The notes beneath the pieces are model-generated. The model searched no databases and had not been told where the DNA came from. It was given only the letters and a program-made list of their open reading frames with translations. A stretch of 64,000 nucleotides of DNA from positions 7,323 through 71,322 of the forward strand of contig JACMRA010000002.1 in assembly GCA_014376695.1 (NCBI GenBank), in the 5' to 3' direction. Positions 19,511 to 28,370 of the stretch are shown piece by piece (within the stretch, counting starts at the first letter, position 1; every line of letters starts with the position of its first letter). The stretch is from Minisyncoccota bacterium. GTDB lineage: Bacteria > Patescibacteriota > JACMRA01. The translations under genes and the position numbers were made by a program.

Positions 19511-19864
19511 ATGTTCAAAATTTTATGTCATTTAATCGCTAACATTGCTGTAATTTACATTTTAGCAGGTATTTTTGGGAACTTCATTTTGGGAGACGTG
19601 GTTCAAGTAGGCATTTTTATAGTCGTATTATCTCTACTGAATTGGCTTGTCGTACCTCTTGTCAGACTTATTTCATTTCCGGTAACATTTTTGACCTTTG
19701 GGCTATTTAATATTGTAATAACTTTGCTTGCCGTGCTTACTGCCCTTAATCTGACTAAGGGGGTCTTAATCTATGAGACTGGCATTGCTTATTTTATACT
19801 TTTGATAATTTTGACGCTTGCCCTTTCGCTTAGCAATACTTTGATTAGTAATTTTGTTAAGTAG
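19511..19864 (+). CDS. Four-TM membrane protein, phage-holin-4 superfamily-like (PF04020/YvlD-like)
   Basis: 117 aa. The pattern LSLLNWLVVPLVRLISFPVTFLTFGLFNIVITLL resembles the YvlD/PF04020 LGLVNAIIRPILKLLSLPITILTLGLF core. Confidence 0.6.
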   Translation: MFKILCHLIANIAVIYILAGIFGNFILGDVVQVGIFIVVLSLLNWLVVPLVRLISFPVTFLTFGLFNIVITLLAVLTALNLTKGVLIYETGIAYFILLIILTLALSLSNTLISNFVK

Positions 19865-19868
19865 CTAT

Positions 19869-21362
19869 ATGATTGACCTATCTGATGAAAACGACCTGAA
19901 CACACAACGATCTCTGTTTGTGACGGGCGACGACGGTCAAAGCATCTATGGATTTAGAGGCAGTACGGTCGATCTTATCTTGAACTTCGAAGAATTTTAT
20001 CCAAAAAGCCGTGAAATTATTCTTAATCAAAACTATCGCTCCACGAAGGCAATTTTGGACTTAGCAGAAAAAATCCTCTCTCTCAACCCGAGGCAAAAAT
20101 TCAAAGAATTATTTACAGATAACCCAGACACAAATTTGGATGTCAATTACTATATTGCCCGAAACCATCAAGACGAAGGGCGTTACATTGTACGGCATAT
20201 GTATAATTATTTTGTCCAAAAAGATACCTCTCGCGTCTCCACAATAAACACTGATTTAGGCAAGTCTAATCAGGTGAGGATAGAATCATTCGATGATGAA
20301 TATGTGCGTGAGCAAGCCCAAATCAATAACCGACCAAAATCGGGCATATCCAATATGTTTGATACCTATTTAGAGACCTCCACGACTTCGTTTTCTACTG
20401 GAAATCTCTGGCAAAGTAGCGATAGATTTAATCACTATAATCCTAATAGTTGGAATATCCCAACTGTCGATTGGGAAAAATACACCGGTCTTAATAGTGT
20501 GGCTGTTCTCTATCGAACGCATGCCCAGTCACAGGCATTAGAGGCCGTTTTTAATAGTAATCAATTGCCATACCGGTTAGTTTCAGGGACTAGATTTTTG
20601 GATAGAAAAGAGGTTAAAGACGTAATTTCCATTCTTCGATTTGCTTTTAATAGTCAGGACAAACTGGCCATAGGGCGGTTCCTTCCTTTGATTTTGGATG
20701 GAGTGGGGCCAAAAACTCTCGAAAAAATTATCGCTTTTATGGAGGATAGTAACTATCCCTTGGCACCAAAATATCAAGACCTAGTGACCAAAACATTGGG
20801 ATCTATCAGTCAGGCCTGGTTATCAGATTTTCCATTAATTGATTTTTGTAAGTCGTTGATAGAGAGTTTGGGATATCTTGCCCACCTCAAAAAGAATTAC
20901 CCAGTCAAAGAAGAGTACGATTCAAGGCTCGAAAATATACAAGAATTGTATTCGCTAATGCTTCCATTCGACACCGAGGAGTCAGCTGGCGAACCCCTGT
21001 ACACAAAATTAGGACTATTTCTTGAGCGCGTAAGCCTAATGTCTAATATGGACAACAAGCAGGACGATAACACCCCAAAAATCAACCTTATGACACTCCA
21101 CCAGAGCAAGGGGCTAGAATTTGACATAGTATTTTTAGTTGGTATTGAGGATGGTCTATTACCTCACCAAAATAGCCTGTACGAGCCTAATGGATTGGAG
21201 GAGGAAGTTAGACTGGCTTATGTAGGGGTTACTAGGGCCAAAAAACAATTACATTTAATATCGGCGGAGAGTAGGGTTTTGTTTGGGCAGATTAAAGCAA
21301 TGCCAGTTAGCCGTATATTTAGGCCGTTTCTCGATCGGTACAGCAAGCGCGTAATAGATTAG
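19869..21362 (+). CDS. UvrD/PcrA-family helicase, C-terminal part only (begins at motif II/III; Walker A domain absent)
   Basis: Starts MIDLSDENDLNTQ..LFVTGDDGQSIYGFRGS (degenerate motif II plus motif III). Continues with NYRSTKAILD (motif IV), YRTHAQSQALE, TLHQSKGLEFDIVFL (motif V/VI region) and LAYVGVTRAKKQLHL. An upstream in-frame stop and the preceding membrane-protein gene leave no room for domain 1A. Confidence 0.8.
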   Translation: MIDLSDENDLNTQRSLFVTGDDGQSIYGFRGSTVDLILNFEEFYPKSREIILNQNYRSTKAILDLAEKILSLNPRQKFKELFTDNPDTNLDVNYYIARNHQDEGRYIVRHMYNYFVQKDTSRVSTINTDLGKSNQVRIESFDDEYVREQAQINNRPKSGISNMFDTYLETSTTSFSTGNLWQSSDRFNHYNPNSWNIPTVDWEKYTGLNSVAVLYRTHAQSQALEAVFNSNQLPYRLVSGTRFLDRKEVKDVISILRFAFNSQDKLAIGRFLPLILDGVGPKTLEKIIAFMEDSNYPLAPKYQDLVTKTLGSISQAWLSDFPLIDFCKSLIESLGYLAHLKKNYPVKEEYDSRLENIQELYSLMLPFDTEESAGEPLYTKLGLFLERVSLMSNMDNKQDDNTPKINLMTLHQSKGLEFDIVFLVGIEDGLLPHQNSLYEPNGLEEEVRLAYVGVTRAKKQLHLISAESRVLFGQIKAMPVSRIFRPFLDRYSKRVID

Positions 21363-21435
21363 CTTGACAGAATTTGCAACTTTGGGTTTATTCTAAACAG
21401 TACTAATAATTAATTATTAAGCTTATTACATCGCT

Positions 21436-21765
21436 GTGCCAAAACAATCAGGAAGAAAACCATCTAAAAAAAGACGACAAAGAGAAACCAAGTTTCAAGA
21501 TGACAAGATATATTTCGAGGGCAAAGTTGTAGAAACTTACCCAGCCACAGTGTTCGGAGTTGAAGTCCAGAGAAAAAATGGATTAGAACCAATACTAGTT
21601 CGAGCTGGTTTAAAAACTATCCTGAAGCTTCGAAAAGTTATGGTCATCAAAGGCGACACTGTAAGACTTGAAATGAATCCTGAAGATATGGCTAGTGAAG
21701 ACGGTGCACTCAAAGGAACGATTATCGGTCGAGCCATTGTGCCACCCAGACTTCCACAAGCATAG
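21436..21765 (+). CDS. infA: Translation initiation factor IF-1 with basic N-terminal extension (GTG start)
   Basis: S1-like core FEGKVVETYPATVFGVEV...VRAGLKTILKLRKVMVIKGDTVRLEMNPED. Sits upstream of rpsM, as in alpha-operon leaders. Confidence 0.8.
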   Translation: MPKQSGRKPSKKRRQRETKFQDDKIYFEGKVVETYPATVFGVEVQRKNGLEPILVRAGLKTILKLRKVMVIKGDTVRLEMNPEDMASEDGALKGTIIGRAIVPPRLPQA

Positions 21766-21834
21766 CGTGTAATTTACGGGCGAATAAATATTTTAATTAT
21801 TAACATCCTATAGCCATTTAACAAATTTGATTTT

Positions 21835-22023
21835 ATGAAAGTATTAGTTTCTTTAACAGGACGAGGGAAAAAATTAGCTAGACGCGGTCGCATGGCACAG
21901 GGCTACTTTGCTAGACGCAAAGGAATCCTTAGGTTCTATGCATTTGCTGAGAGTTCAATCGGTAATAGGATTAACTCTAGACAAGCTATCCCAAACAGCA
22001 AAAAACGTGCAAAAAAATATTAA
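21835..22023 (+). CDS. Small basic protein in the L36 (rpmJ) position; possible highly divergent Cys-less L36
   Basis: 62 aa between infA and rpsM. Starts MKVLVS (L36 starts MKVRxS) and has ARRKGILRFY (compare L36 RRKGRVxVIC). All zinc ligands are absent and the C-terminus is extended. Confidence 0.3.
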   Translation: MKVLVSLTGRGKKLARRGRMAQGYFARRKGILRFYAFAESSIGNRINSRQAIPNSKKRAKKY

Positions 22024-22044
22024 TTTAACCAGTGTATTATAATT

Positions 22045-22425
22045 ATGATTCGTATCGCAGGTGTTGTCATTAACACCAATAAACAAGCAAGATTTGCACT
22101 TACACCTATCAAAGGAGTCGGGAAATCGAATGTCAAAAAAATCTTAGAGGTGATGAATATTGATCCCACCAGTAAGCTCGGAGAATTGTCTGATGAAATT
22201 ATAGTAAAACTCCGTAATCACATTGAGGATACCTATATTTTGGAAGCCGATCTAAGACGACAAGTTCAAGCAAATATCAAGCGATTGATTGAGATCAGTG
22301 CGCATCGAGGGCTTCGACATAAGGCAGGTCTTCCAACTCGAGGACAAAGAACTAAGACTAATAGTCGAACTGTTCGAGGTAACAAGAGAACTTCACTCGG
22401 AAGCGGCCGTATCAAACCAAAATAG
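22045..22425 (+). CDS. rpsM: 30S ribosomal protein S13
   Basis: MIRIAGVVINTNKQARFALTPIKGVGKSN, YRGLRH-like (HRGLRHKAGLPTRGQRTKTN). Confidence 0.9.
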   Translation: MIRIAGVVINTNKQARFALTPIKGVGKSNVKKILEVMNIDPTSKLGELSDEIIVKLRNHIEDTYILEADLRRQVQANIKRLIEISAHRGLRHKAGLPTRGQRTKTNSRTVRGNKRTSLGSGRIKPK

Positions 22426-22467
22426 ATTAAGTAATTTCAATCGATTTGATTTCAGTTATTATCTTAA

Positions 22468-22494
22468 GTCCTACATTTGTAGGGCATTTTGTTT
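22468..22494 (+). terminator. Intrinsic terminator after rpsM
   Basis: Stem gtcctac/gtagggc with loop attt, followed by a T-rich tract (cattttgttt). Confidence 0.5.
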
Positions 22495-22506
22495 GGATAA
22501 ATTAAC

Positions 22507-22534
22507 ACAAAAAACCAACTCAGTGAGAGTTGGT
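22507..22534 (-). terminator. Intrinsic terminator after the surface-protein gene
   Basis: On the minus strand: stem ccaactc, loop tcact, gagttgg, followed by TTTTTT. Lies about 25 nt after the stop at 22559. Confidence 0.55.
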
Positions 22535-22558
22535 ATAAAAATATATAGGTCAACTAGA

Positions 22559-25492
22559 TTATTTTTTTTGTTTGGCTAATGATAGAGACATTGTTAAAGC
22601 TAAGCTAAAACTTGTGGCCATTAACGCGGCCAAACCAAATATGAATCCGATATTATTTCCTGTTTTGGATAGCATACCTGAGGCATTAACCATAATCTTC
22701 TTGCCAGTATCAAAAGTAGATCCGCCGTCAATTCTAGCATTAAGTCCTTGTACACCTAGTTTAGATCCTGTTGGGGTATTGACACAGGTGATTGTTTTAT
22801 CTTTTAGTGTGCAAATACCAGCTGGTTTGGAATCTCCAATTCCGAATAATAATTCTTTTGGAAGGATCTTATTGTCAGGGAGTTGGAAGGTACAAGTGGT
22901 TGTAGAATTTACGGTTACGGCCTTGCCACCGTTGCATTGAATGTCAATGTTCTTGAGATCCCCGATGGTCAAACCGCTCCTTGCAAAGTTTGACTTGACT
23001 CCTGGTAAATCGACATTACCGCCAGCCTTAATCACTCCGTTGGATAAACTTCCAACTGGGCAGTCTCCTGGGACTAATGAGCCTTGAACAGGGGAGAAAA
23101 TACCTAAACTCATCACTCCAGTTATATTACAGCTTGTTCCGTTGCTATATGCGGCTGGACCAGAATAGGTAGAACCAGTAGTTGTAATATATCCACTGAC
23201 TAGCTCGCCTATTTTACCGCTTAGCTCTCCCATAGGGTTTGATCCAAGAGTGGTAGTCGCCGCTTTTAGAGTAACGGGGGCTGAGCTCATCTCCCCGACT
23301 AGGTTTAATTTAGCAGTTTGGCTACCTGGAGTTGCACCGCTGGTTGGAACTTGTGTACATGTTAAACTTGCATTAATTGTACCATTGTTAGAAATTTGAC
23401 ACGGAGTGCTTAAACTATTAGCTGTTGAAATCTGGGCGTTGATCCCTGAAATTGGCATTGCATATGTATTGTTCATTGCGCCTGTCAAAGGAAAGTCACA
23501 TAGAGTAAGGTTCCCGATGGTAATTGTGACTGGTGTACATGTACCGTTGCCAGTTTGATCTGCTGTGATAACTGTGCTCATAGCTGTACCTGCGGCTAGG
23601 TTGATTGGGGCTGAATTGGTTTCTCCGGTTAGATTTAGAGTTGCAGTTTGAGCACCTATGGTTCCACCAAGACTTGGTACGTTGGCACACACAAGAGAGG
23701 CGTTAGGGGTAGCATTATTGAATATTTGACAGTCGGCAGAGCTATTAGTTACTGTGCTTATTTTGGTTTTTATCGGAGCTAGCGGTAGTGTATACTGACT
23801 CATTACATCACCAGTGAGTGGATAGCTACATGTTGTTAAGTTTCCAACGGATATTTGGCTAGGGCTACAAGTGCCGTTGCCGGTATTTGTTTGAGTAATT
23901 TGAGTTCCGTTAGTTATGACAGTCCCAGCTTGTACATTTACAAACCCTTTGTTCATCATCCATTGTACAGTAGGTTGCAAAATAGCAATTTCGCGAGCTC
24001 CTATTTGGGTATTTGATGGAACTGGAATATTGTTACAAGTTAGAGTAGATCCTGATACGGTACATGGATTTGATTTTCCGTAATCTGAGGTAGTATTTCC
24101 ACCTGTTACAAGTAATGCAGCCATTAGTCCTTGACTTGGAAGCGTGTACAGACTTGTAGGTGAACCTGTTAGAGGAAAGCTACAATTAGCAGTAGAGCCT
24201 TGAAGTGCAATGTTGCCTGTTCCACAATTACCAGTTCCAACATTAGAATTGGATATGGTAGTGCTGTATCCACATTGAGCAGGACTTAAAGTAAAGCTTT
24301 TTGGTGACCCATTCAATAATGGATTGGTCACATAAGCTGGAGCATCAATCCCGTATGCATACAAAGTATGTGGGTTATTGTCACAGTAAGCTTCTGGAAT
24401 TCTAAAGTCGTAGCCATTTTTACCAGTGTTGTATGGAGCTGGTAAATCAGGTCGTACATAGCTAGCTGTAGTTTTGCCGATATATGTTCCATTTGATGTT
24501 GATCCGTCGATATAAAAATGTACATCAAGTGAAGTATTAGGAACATCTGCGTCAGTAGCCCAACCGCTGGCAACGCCAGTACTGGAAATACCATCTAACC
24601 AGCCATCAGGGGAGTTAGAGGTTATAGTTGCTGGGGTGGACAGTGTAGTGCCAACGACAGCAGCTGGCCTAGGAGTAGCAGGGATGCAGAGAGTCTCAGC
24701 TTCGGCATCTCCGCCATTTAAATCAGTTGCGTAAAGCTCGACAAAACCAAGCGTGTTACAGTCTTTTGGTCGGTATCCTGTACTATAAGCAATGGATTGT
24801 AGGCCTGCCGTTGGTGTTCCGTATTTCATACAGAGGGAAGTCAACGCTGGGTTAGAATCCAAATTATGGAATCCTTTGGCCGGTATCATGTAAACTCCGT
24901 ATCCTTGTGGACATGCTCTTGCATTTGTAAGTGCTCCGTATGTAGCGCCGCCGTAACTACCACTTGAAGCTGTGACTGTTGCGACTTGGCACATTTGATT
25001 TTGGACTGTATCATTGGCAAAATTATTCATTATGTTTTCATATTCATTACCCTGACCCGCTAATCCGCTGTAAACATATGAACCATCTTGTTGCCCGACT
25101 GGAGTTGTACCAGTATTAAGTGCATTAACACCAGGGCATCTTCCCATCACGAAGATATTAGGCTTACTGGTACAAAGACCTTGGCTAAATGCTTGATTCC
25201 CGACATAATATGGCTGCATTACTCTGGTTCCGTTAGCTCCATTACAAGGAAATAGGCCGTACTGACTGCTAGTACAATTGCCGCCTATTGGGGCAGAGTT
25301 ATCCAGACAAACTGTTGCTGTACAGTTAGTGCCTGCAAGCACACTCCCCGCTGGACAGGAATACACTGGAGCAGCTTGAGTGCTGATGCTAGTACTAATG
25401 CCAGTAACTAGGCCAAATAGCGAAAAAACCATACCGAGCGCTGCAAAAGAACGTGATAGAGCGAGATTTATATTTTTTTGTTTGGATGACAT
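22559..25492 (-). CDS. Large secreted cell-surface protein with repeated four-cysteine modules and LPXTG-like C-terminal sorting signal
   Basis: 977 aa with a signal peptide (ALGMVFSLFGLVTGISTSISTQA). Four modules of about 105 aa are present (e.g. TGNGTCSPSQISVGNLTTCSYPLTG...DCQIFNNATPNASLVCANVP; TGNGTCTPVTITIGNLTLCDFPLTG...PCQISNNGTINASLTCTQVP). The C-terminus is LSKTG, a hydrophobic stretch (IGFIFGLAALMATSFSLALTMSL), then KQKK. Confidence 0.7.
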   Translation of the reverse strand: MSSKQKNINLALSRSFAALGMVFSLFGLVTGISTSISTQAAPVYSCPAGSVLAGTNCTATVCLDNSAPIGGNCTSSQYGLFPCNGANGTRVMQPYYVGNQAFSQGLCTSKPNIFVMGRCPGVNALNTGTTPVGQQDGSYVYSGLAGQGNEYENIMNNFANDTVQNQMCQVATVTASSGSYGGATYGALTNARACPQGYGVYMIPAKGFHNLDSNPALTSLCMKYGTPTAGLQSIAYSTGYRPKDCNTLGFVELYATDLNGGDAEAETLCIPATPRPAAVVGTTLSTPATITSNSPDGWLDGISSTGVASGWATDADVPNTSLDVHFYIDGSTSNGTYIGKTTASYVRPDLPAPYNTGKNGYDFRIPEAYCDNNPHTLYAYGIDAPAYVTNPLLNGSPKSFTLSPAQCGYSTTISNSNVGTGNCGTGNIALQGSTANCSFPLTGSPTSLYTLPSQGLMAALLVTGGNTTSDYGKSNPCTVSGSTLTCNNIPVPSNTQIGAREIAILQPTVQWMMNKGFVNVQAGTVITNGTQITQTNTGNGTCSPSQISVGNLTTCSYPLTGDVMSQYTLPLAPIKTKISTVTNSSADCQIFNNATPNASLVCANVPSLGGTIGAQTATLNLTGETNSAPINLAAGTAMSTVITADQTGNGTCTPVTITIGNLTLCDFPLTGAMNNTYAMPISGINAQISTANSLSTPCQISNNGTINASLTCTQVPTSGATPGSQTAKLNLVGEMSSAPVTLKAATTTLGSNPMGELSGKIGELVSGYITTTGSTYSGPAAYSNGTSCNITGVMSLGIFSPVQGSLVPGDCPVGSLSNGVIKAGGNVDLPGVKSNFARSGLTIGDLKNIDIQCNGGKAVTVNSTTTCTFQLPDNKILPKELLFGIGDSKPAGICTLKDKTITCVNTPTGSKLGVQGLNARIDGGSTFDTGKKIMVNASGMLSKTGNNIGFIFGLAALMATSFSLALTMSLSLAKQKK
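22690..24260 (-). repeat. Intragenic tandem repeats encoding the four-Cys modules (about 330-nt period for the central copies)
   Basis: Module starts are seen at about 24250 (NVGTGNCGTG), 23890 (TNTGNGTCSP), 23560 (DQTGNGTCTP) and 22950 (IQCNGGKAVT). Conservation is at protein level, and the DNA copies have diverged. Confidence 0.5.
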
Positions 25493-25602
25493 ATTTTATT
25501 TTTGTTTTTTTGTATTTGATAAGATTATACCACAGGTAACAATAATTGACAAACAGAAATTATCAACCCTTGATTTTGGTATATTTAGAGGAGAAATTGT
25601 GT

Positions 25603-25773
25603 ATGATAAAATTAGAGAATCAGGTGAGTAATCAATACAAAAAAAATCTAAAGGAAATCAGCTTATTGCCAAATGTGATTATAGGGCTACTTTTTGCCAT
25701 CGTAATTGCTGCTGTTTTGTACTTTACACAAGGGGTTTTGTTGAATATCTTCTCTTCGTGGATTTTTCGATAA
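25603..25773 (+). CDS. Small (56 aa) single-pass membrane protein, hypothetical
   Basis: ATG preceded by GAGGAG at about 9 nt. TM is LLPNVIIGLLFAIVIAAVLYF. Confidence 0.3.
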   Translation: MIKLENQVSNQYKKNLKEISLLPNVIIGLLFAIVIAAVLYFTQGVLLNIFSSWIFR

Positions 25774-25785
25774 ATATAAGTTAGT

Positions 25786-27759
25786 TTATTTTTGGCCAAT
25801 TTGGGTATTCCAGAAGGTTTGAAATAGGTTCGGATTAGTTGCTTCGATTAGGGCTTGAGGGTTGCCTATGGCTTTTATTTGACCTTCATCGAGGACAAGA
25901 ACCTGGTCACATTTGAGGCAGGTAGTCATTCTATGTGTGATAAAAAGAACGATTGAGTCTTTGGCTAGTTCGCGGATTAGACCCATAATTTTGCTTTCTT
26001 TGATAGCGTCAAGTTGGTTGGTACCTTCATCTAAAATAATGATAGATTTTTTGGAAATCAGGATTCGAGCTATCTCGAGAAGCTGAGCTTGGCCGCCGCT
26101 GGTTTGGGTATTTTCGCCGATAATTTGATCAAGGCTCTCGAAATGACCCTCTAGTTCAACTTTTTTGAGTGCGTCCCAAATTAGCTGATCCTCAATATTT
26201 CTATCTTTTAACCCAAGAGTTAGATTGTCCCGAATGCTCATTCCGTCAATCAAAAATGAACTTTGTTCCATAGCGCCGATATAGCTTTTCCACTCGAGAG
26301 GATCGATATTAATCAAATTATACTGATTATTGATTATGATTTGACCGCTGGTTGGATCGAGAATTCGTTTGATTAATCGCGTCAAAGTGGTTTTACCAGC
26401 TCCGTTATAACCGACAATACCGTAAATATTCCCTTTGTTGAACTTAATGTTGAGGTTTTGGAGTATGATTTTGTTAGTTTTGGTCTGTTCAAAAATTTCT
26501 ATCAATTCCTTGAATTCTTTTTGGAGTTGTTCTTTGGTCCAGGAGTTTTGAGTTAGGCCGATAAGTTTGCCGATCCAGTTTAGATTTTCGCCATTAATCA
26601 GGCCGAGACGTGATTGAATACGATTAAAATACTCTTTTTCATCTTCATAAAATTCTGGATATTTAAAGTGAAGATTGCTAATTTCTAGTGTATCTATTGA
26701 GTCTAGTTTGATAGGTCGCAAATCGCTCAAGTTAAGTTTGGACTCGAGGGTCAAAATAAATTCTAGTTTAAAAATCTGGAATCTCAAGTCAACCACCTCG
26801 CGAAAAATCCCACTTATCGAATACAAAAAACCTTCGACTTGACCGATATAAGTCCGAATAATAGTAAAGGTTCCGAGTGTAATTTGGCCTGCAACAACCA
26901 AAAACCCAGTCATTGCGTAAGTTAGGCAAAAGAGTCCCTGATTTAGCCATTCTTGAGCTAGGTTAAGACGCTCATTGCGGTTAAATTGTTTGCGCTCAAC
27001 CCTAAAATAATCGCTGCGGGCTTTTTGATATATAACGTGAAGTCGCGAGACCCAGCCGTTGGTTAAGAGAGTGTTAAAATAATTAATTAGCTTGTATTTG
27101 AGGTTATTTTTTTGTTCGTTGACACGATTTTCTCGGAGTTCACCAACTCGCCAAAAGCTACTTTTGAGATTATCGAAAGCGATATTAAATATTGCCGTTA
27201 TGAGTATAGCGACTAACAAATATGGATGGAGGAGTGGAATAATAAAGGCTAAGGAAATTATTTTGGCAGGGATTTGGATTAGGGAAATAATTAGCTTGAG
27301 TAAGTTTTCTTGAATCCCAACGAATCCCCATTGAAGGTTTCGAATGATTCGCAAGTTATTTTCTGAACCAAGAAATGAGGCGTCAAATCGGGTTAAAAAA
27401 TTGATAAATCTATCTTCTAGGCTTGCTTCGGAGTCTTGCTTGATATTGTGAAGATATGTGTATTCGGCCCAGCGAAGCGTCTTATCGAGTATATTTAGGG
27501 TAAGATAGCCCAGGAGAATGGCCAAAAATACATTAAAAGTCGTCCCGAGCTGAAATCCAAACAAAGTAGTCCATTTTTCGTTGACGGCGTCAATTATATA
27601 CTTCCAAAATAATGGCAAGACAGTAGACAGAGCAACGCTCCAAATAGTCAGCGGCACGATAAAGAGAAGTCGGAAATAAAAAACTCTTCTACTTACGATT
27701 AAGAATTCTACGGTTTTGATTGAGGTGCCAAGTAATTTGGCTAAGGCTTGAATTAGCAT
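25786..27759 (-). CDS. ABC exporter, fused permease/ATP-binding protein (MsbA/type I exporter-like)
   Basis: N-terminal six-TM region. Walker A GYNGAGKTTL, signature SGGQAQLLEIARIL, Walker B IIILDEGTNQLD, H-loop ITHR. Confidence 0.85.
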   Translation of the reverse strand: MLIQALAKLLGTSIKTVEFLIVSRRVFYFRLLFIVPLTIWSVALSTVLPLFWKYIIDAVNEKWTTLFGFQLGTTFNVFLAILLGYLTLNILDKTLRWAEYTYLHNIKQDSEASLEDRFINFLTRFDASFLGSENNLRIIRNLQWGFVGIQENLLKLIISLIQIPAKIISLAFIIPLLHPYLLVAILITAIFNIAFDNLKSSFWRVGELRENRVNEQKNNLKYKLINYFNTLLTNGWVSRLHVIYQKARSDYFRVERKQFNRNERLNLAQEWLNQGLFCLTYAMTGFLVVAGQITLGTFTIIRTYIGQVEGFLYSISGIFREVVDLRFQIFKLEFILTLESKLNLSDLRPIKLDSIDTLEISNLHFKYPEFYEDEKEYFNRIQSRLGLINGENLNWIGKLIGLTQNSWTKEQLQKEFKELIEIFEQTKTNKIILQNLNIKFNKGNIYGIVGYNGAGKTTLTRLIKRILDPTSGQIIINNQYNLINIDPLEWKSYIGAMEQSSFLIDGMSIRDNLTLGLKDRNIEDQLIWDALKKVELEGHFESLDQIIGENTQTSGGQAQLLEIARILISKKSIIILDEGTNQLDAIKESKIMGLIRELAKDSIVLFITHRMTTCLKCDQVLVLDEGQIKAIGNPQALIEATNPNLFQTFWNTQIGQK

Positions 27760-27866
27760 AATAAACTAATTATTGGATATGGCTTAGGATCTGTCAATTG
27801 ACAAAAAACCTATTATCAAACTTGCTTAATATACTGCTTCTAAGCCCTTATTAAAAAACAACTATT

Positions 27867-28289
27867 ATGGCTAAAAAAATTAAATCAATCATCAAACTTG
27901 TGATTGGAGCCGGCAAAGCCAATCCTGCCCCTCCTATCGGATCCGCCTTGGGACCCCAAGGTGTCAACTTAATGCAATTCTGTAAGGACTTTAACGCTCA
28001 GACAGCTACTATGTCAGGATCTATTCCTTGTGTAGTTACTATTTGGGACGATCGAACTTTTGAGTTTGTTCTAAAGACTCCTGCGGTTAGTGAGCTAATC
28101 AAACAGTCTCTAAACATTCAAGCTGGGTCTAAGGATCAAGCTCGTGTCAAAGTTGGAAATCTAACTGACGCTCAAGTCACGGATATTGCAACTCGAAAGA
28201 TGGAAGATCTTAACTGCTACACAGTAGATCAGGCCAAAAAAACAGTTATGGGAACAGCAAAAAGTATGGGAGTCACTATTTCCAACTAG
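27867..28289 (+). CDS. rplK: 50S ribosomal protein L11
   Basis: KLVIGAGKANPAPPIGSALGPQGVNLMQFCKDFN is the canonical L11 N-terminal domain. Confidence 0.9.
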   Translation: MAKKIKSIIKLVIGAGKANPAPPIGSALGPQGVNLMQFCKDFNAQTATMSGSIPCVVTIWDDRTFEFVLKTPAVSELIKQSLNIQAGSKDQARVKVGNLTDAQVTDIATRKMEDLNCYTVDQAKKTVMGTAKSMGVTISN

Positions 28290-28370
28290 TTGTAAATCAC
28301 CACACAATTGAAATTATCAAAATATCTCTCCCCTTCTGGGAGTTTTGTTTTGGGATATTAGTTTGAATTT

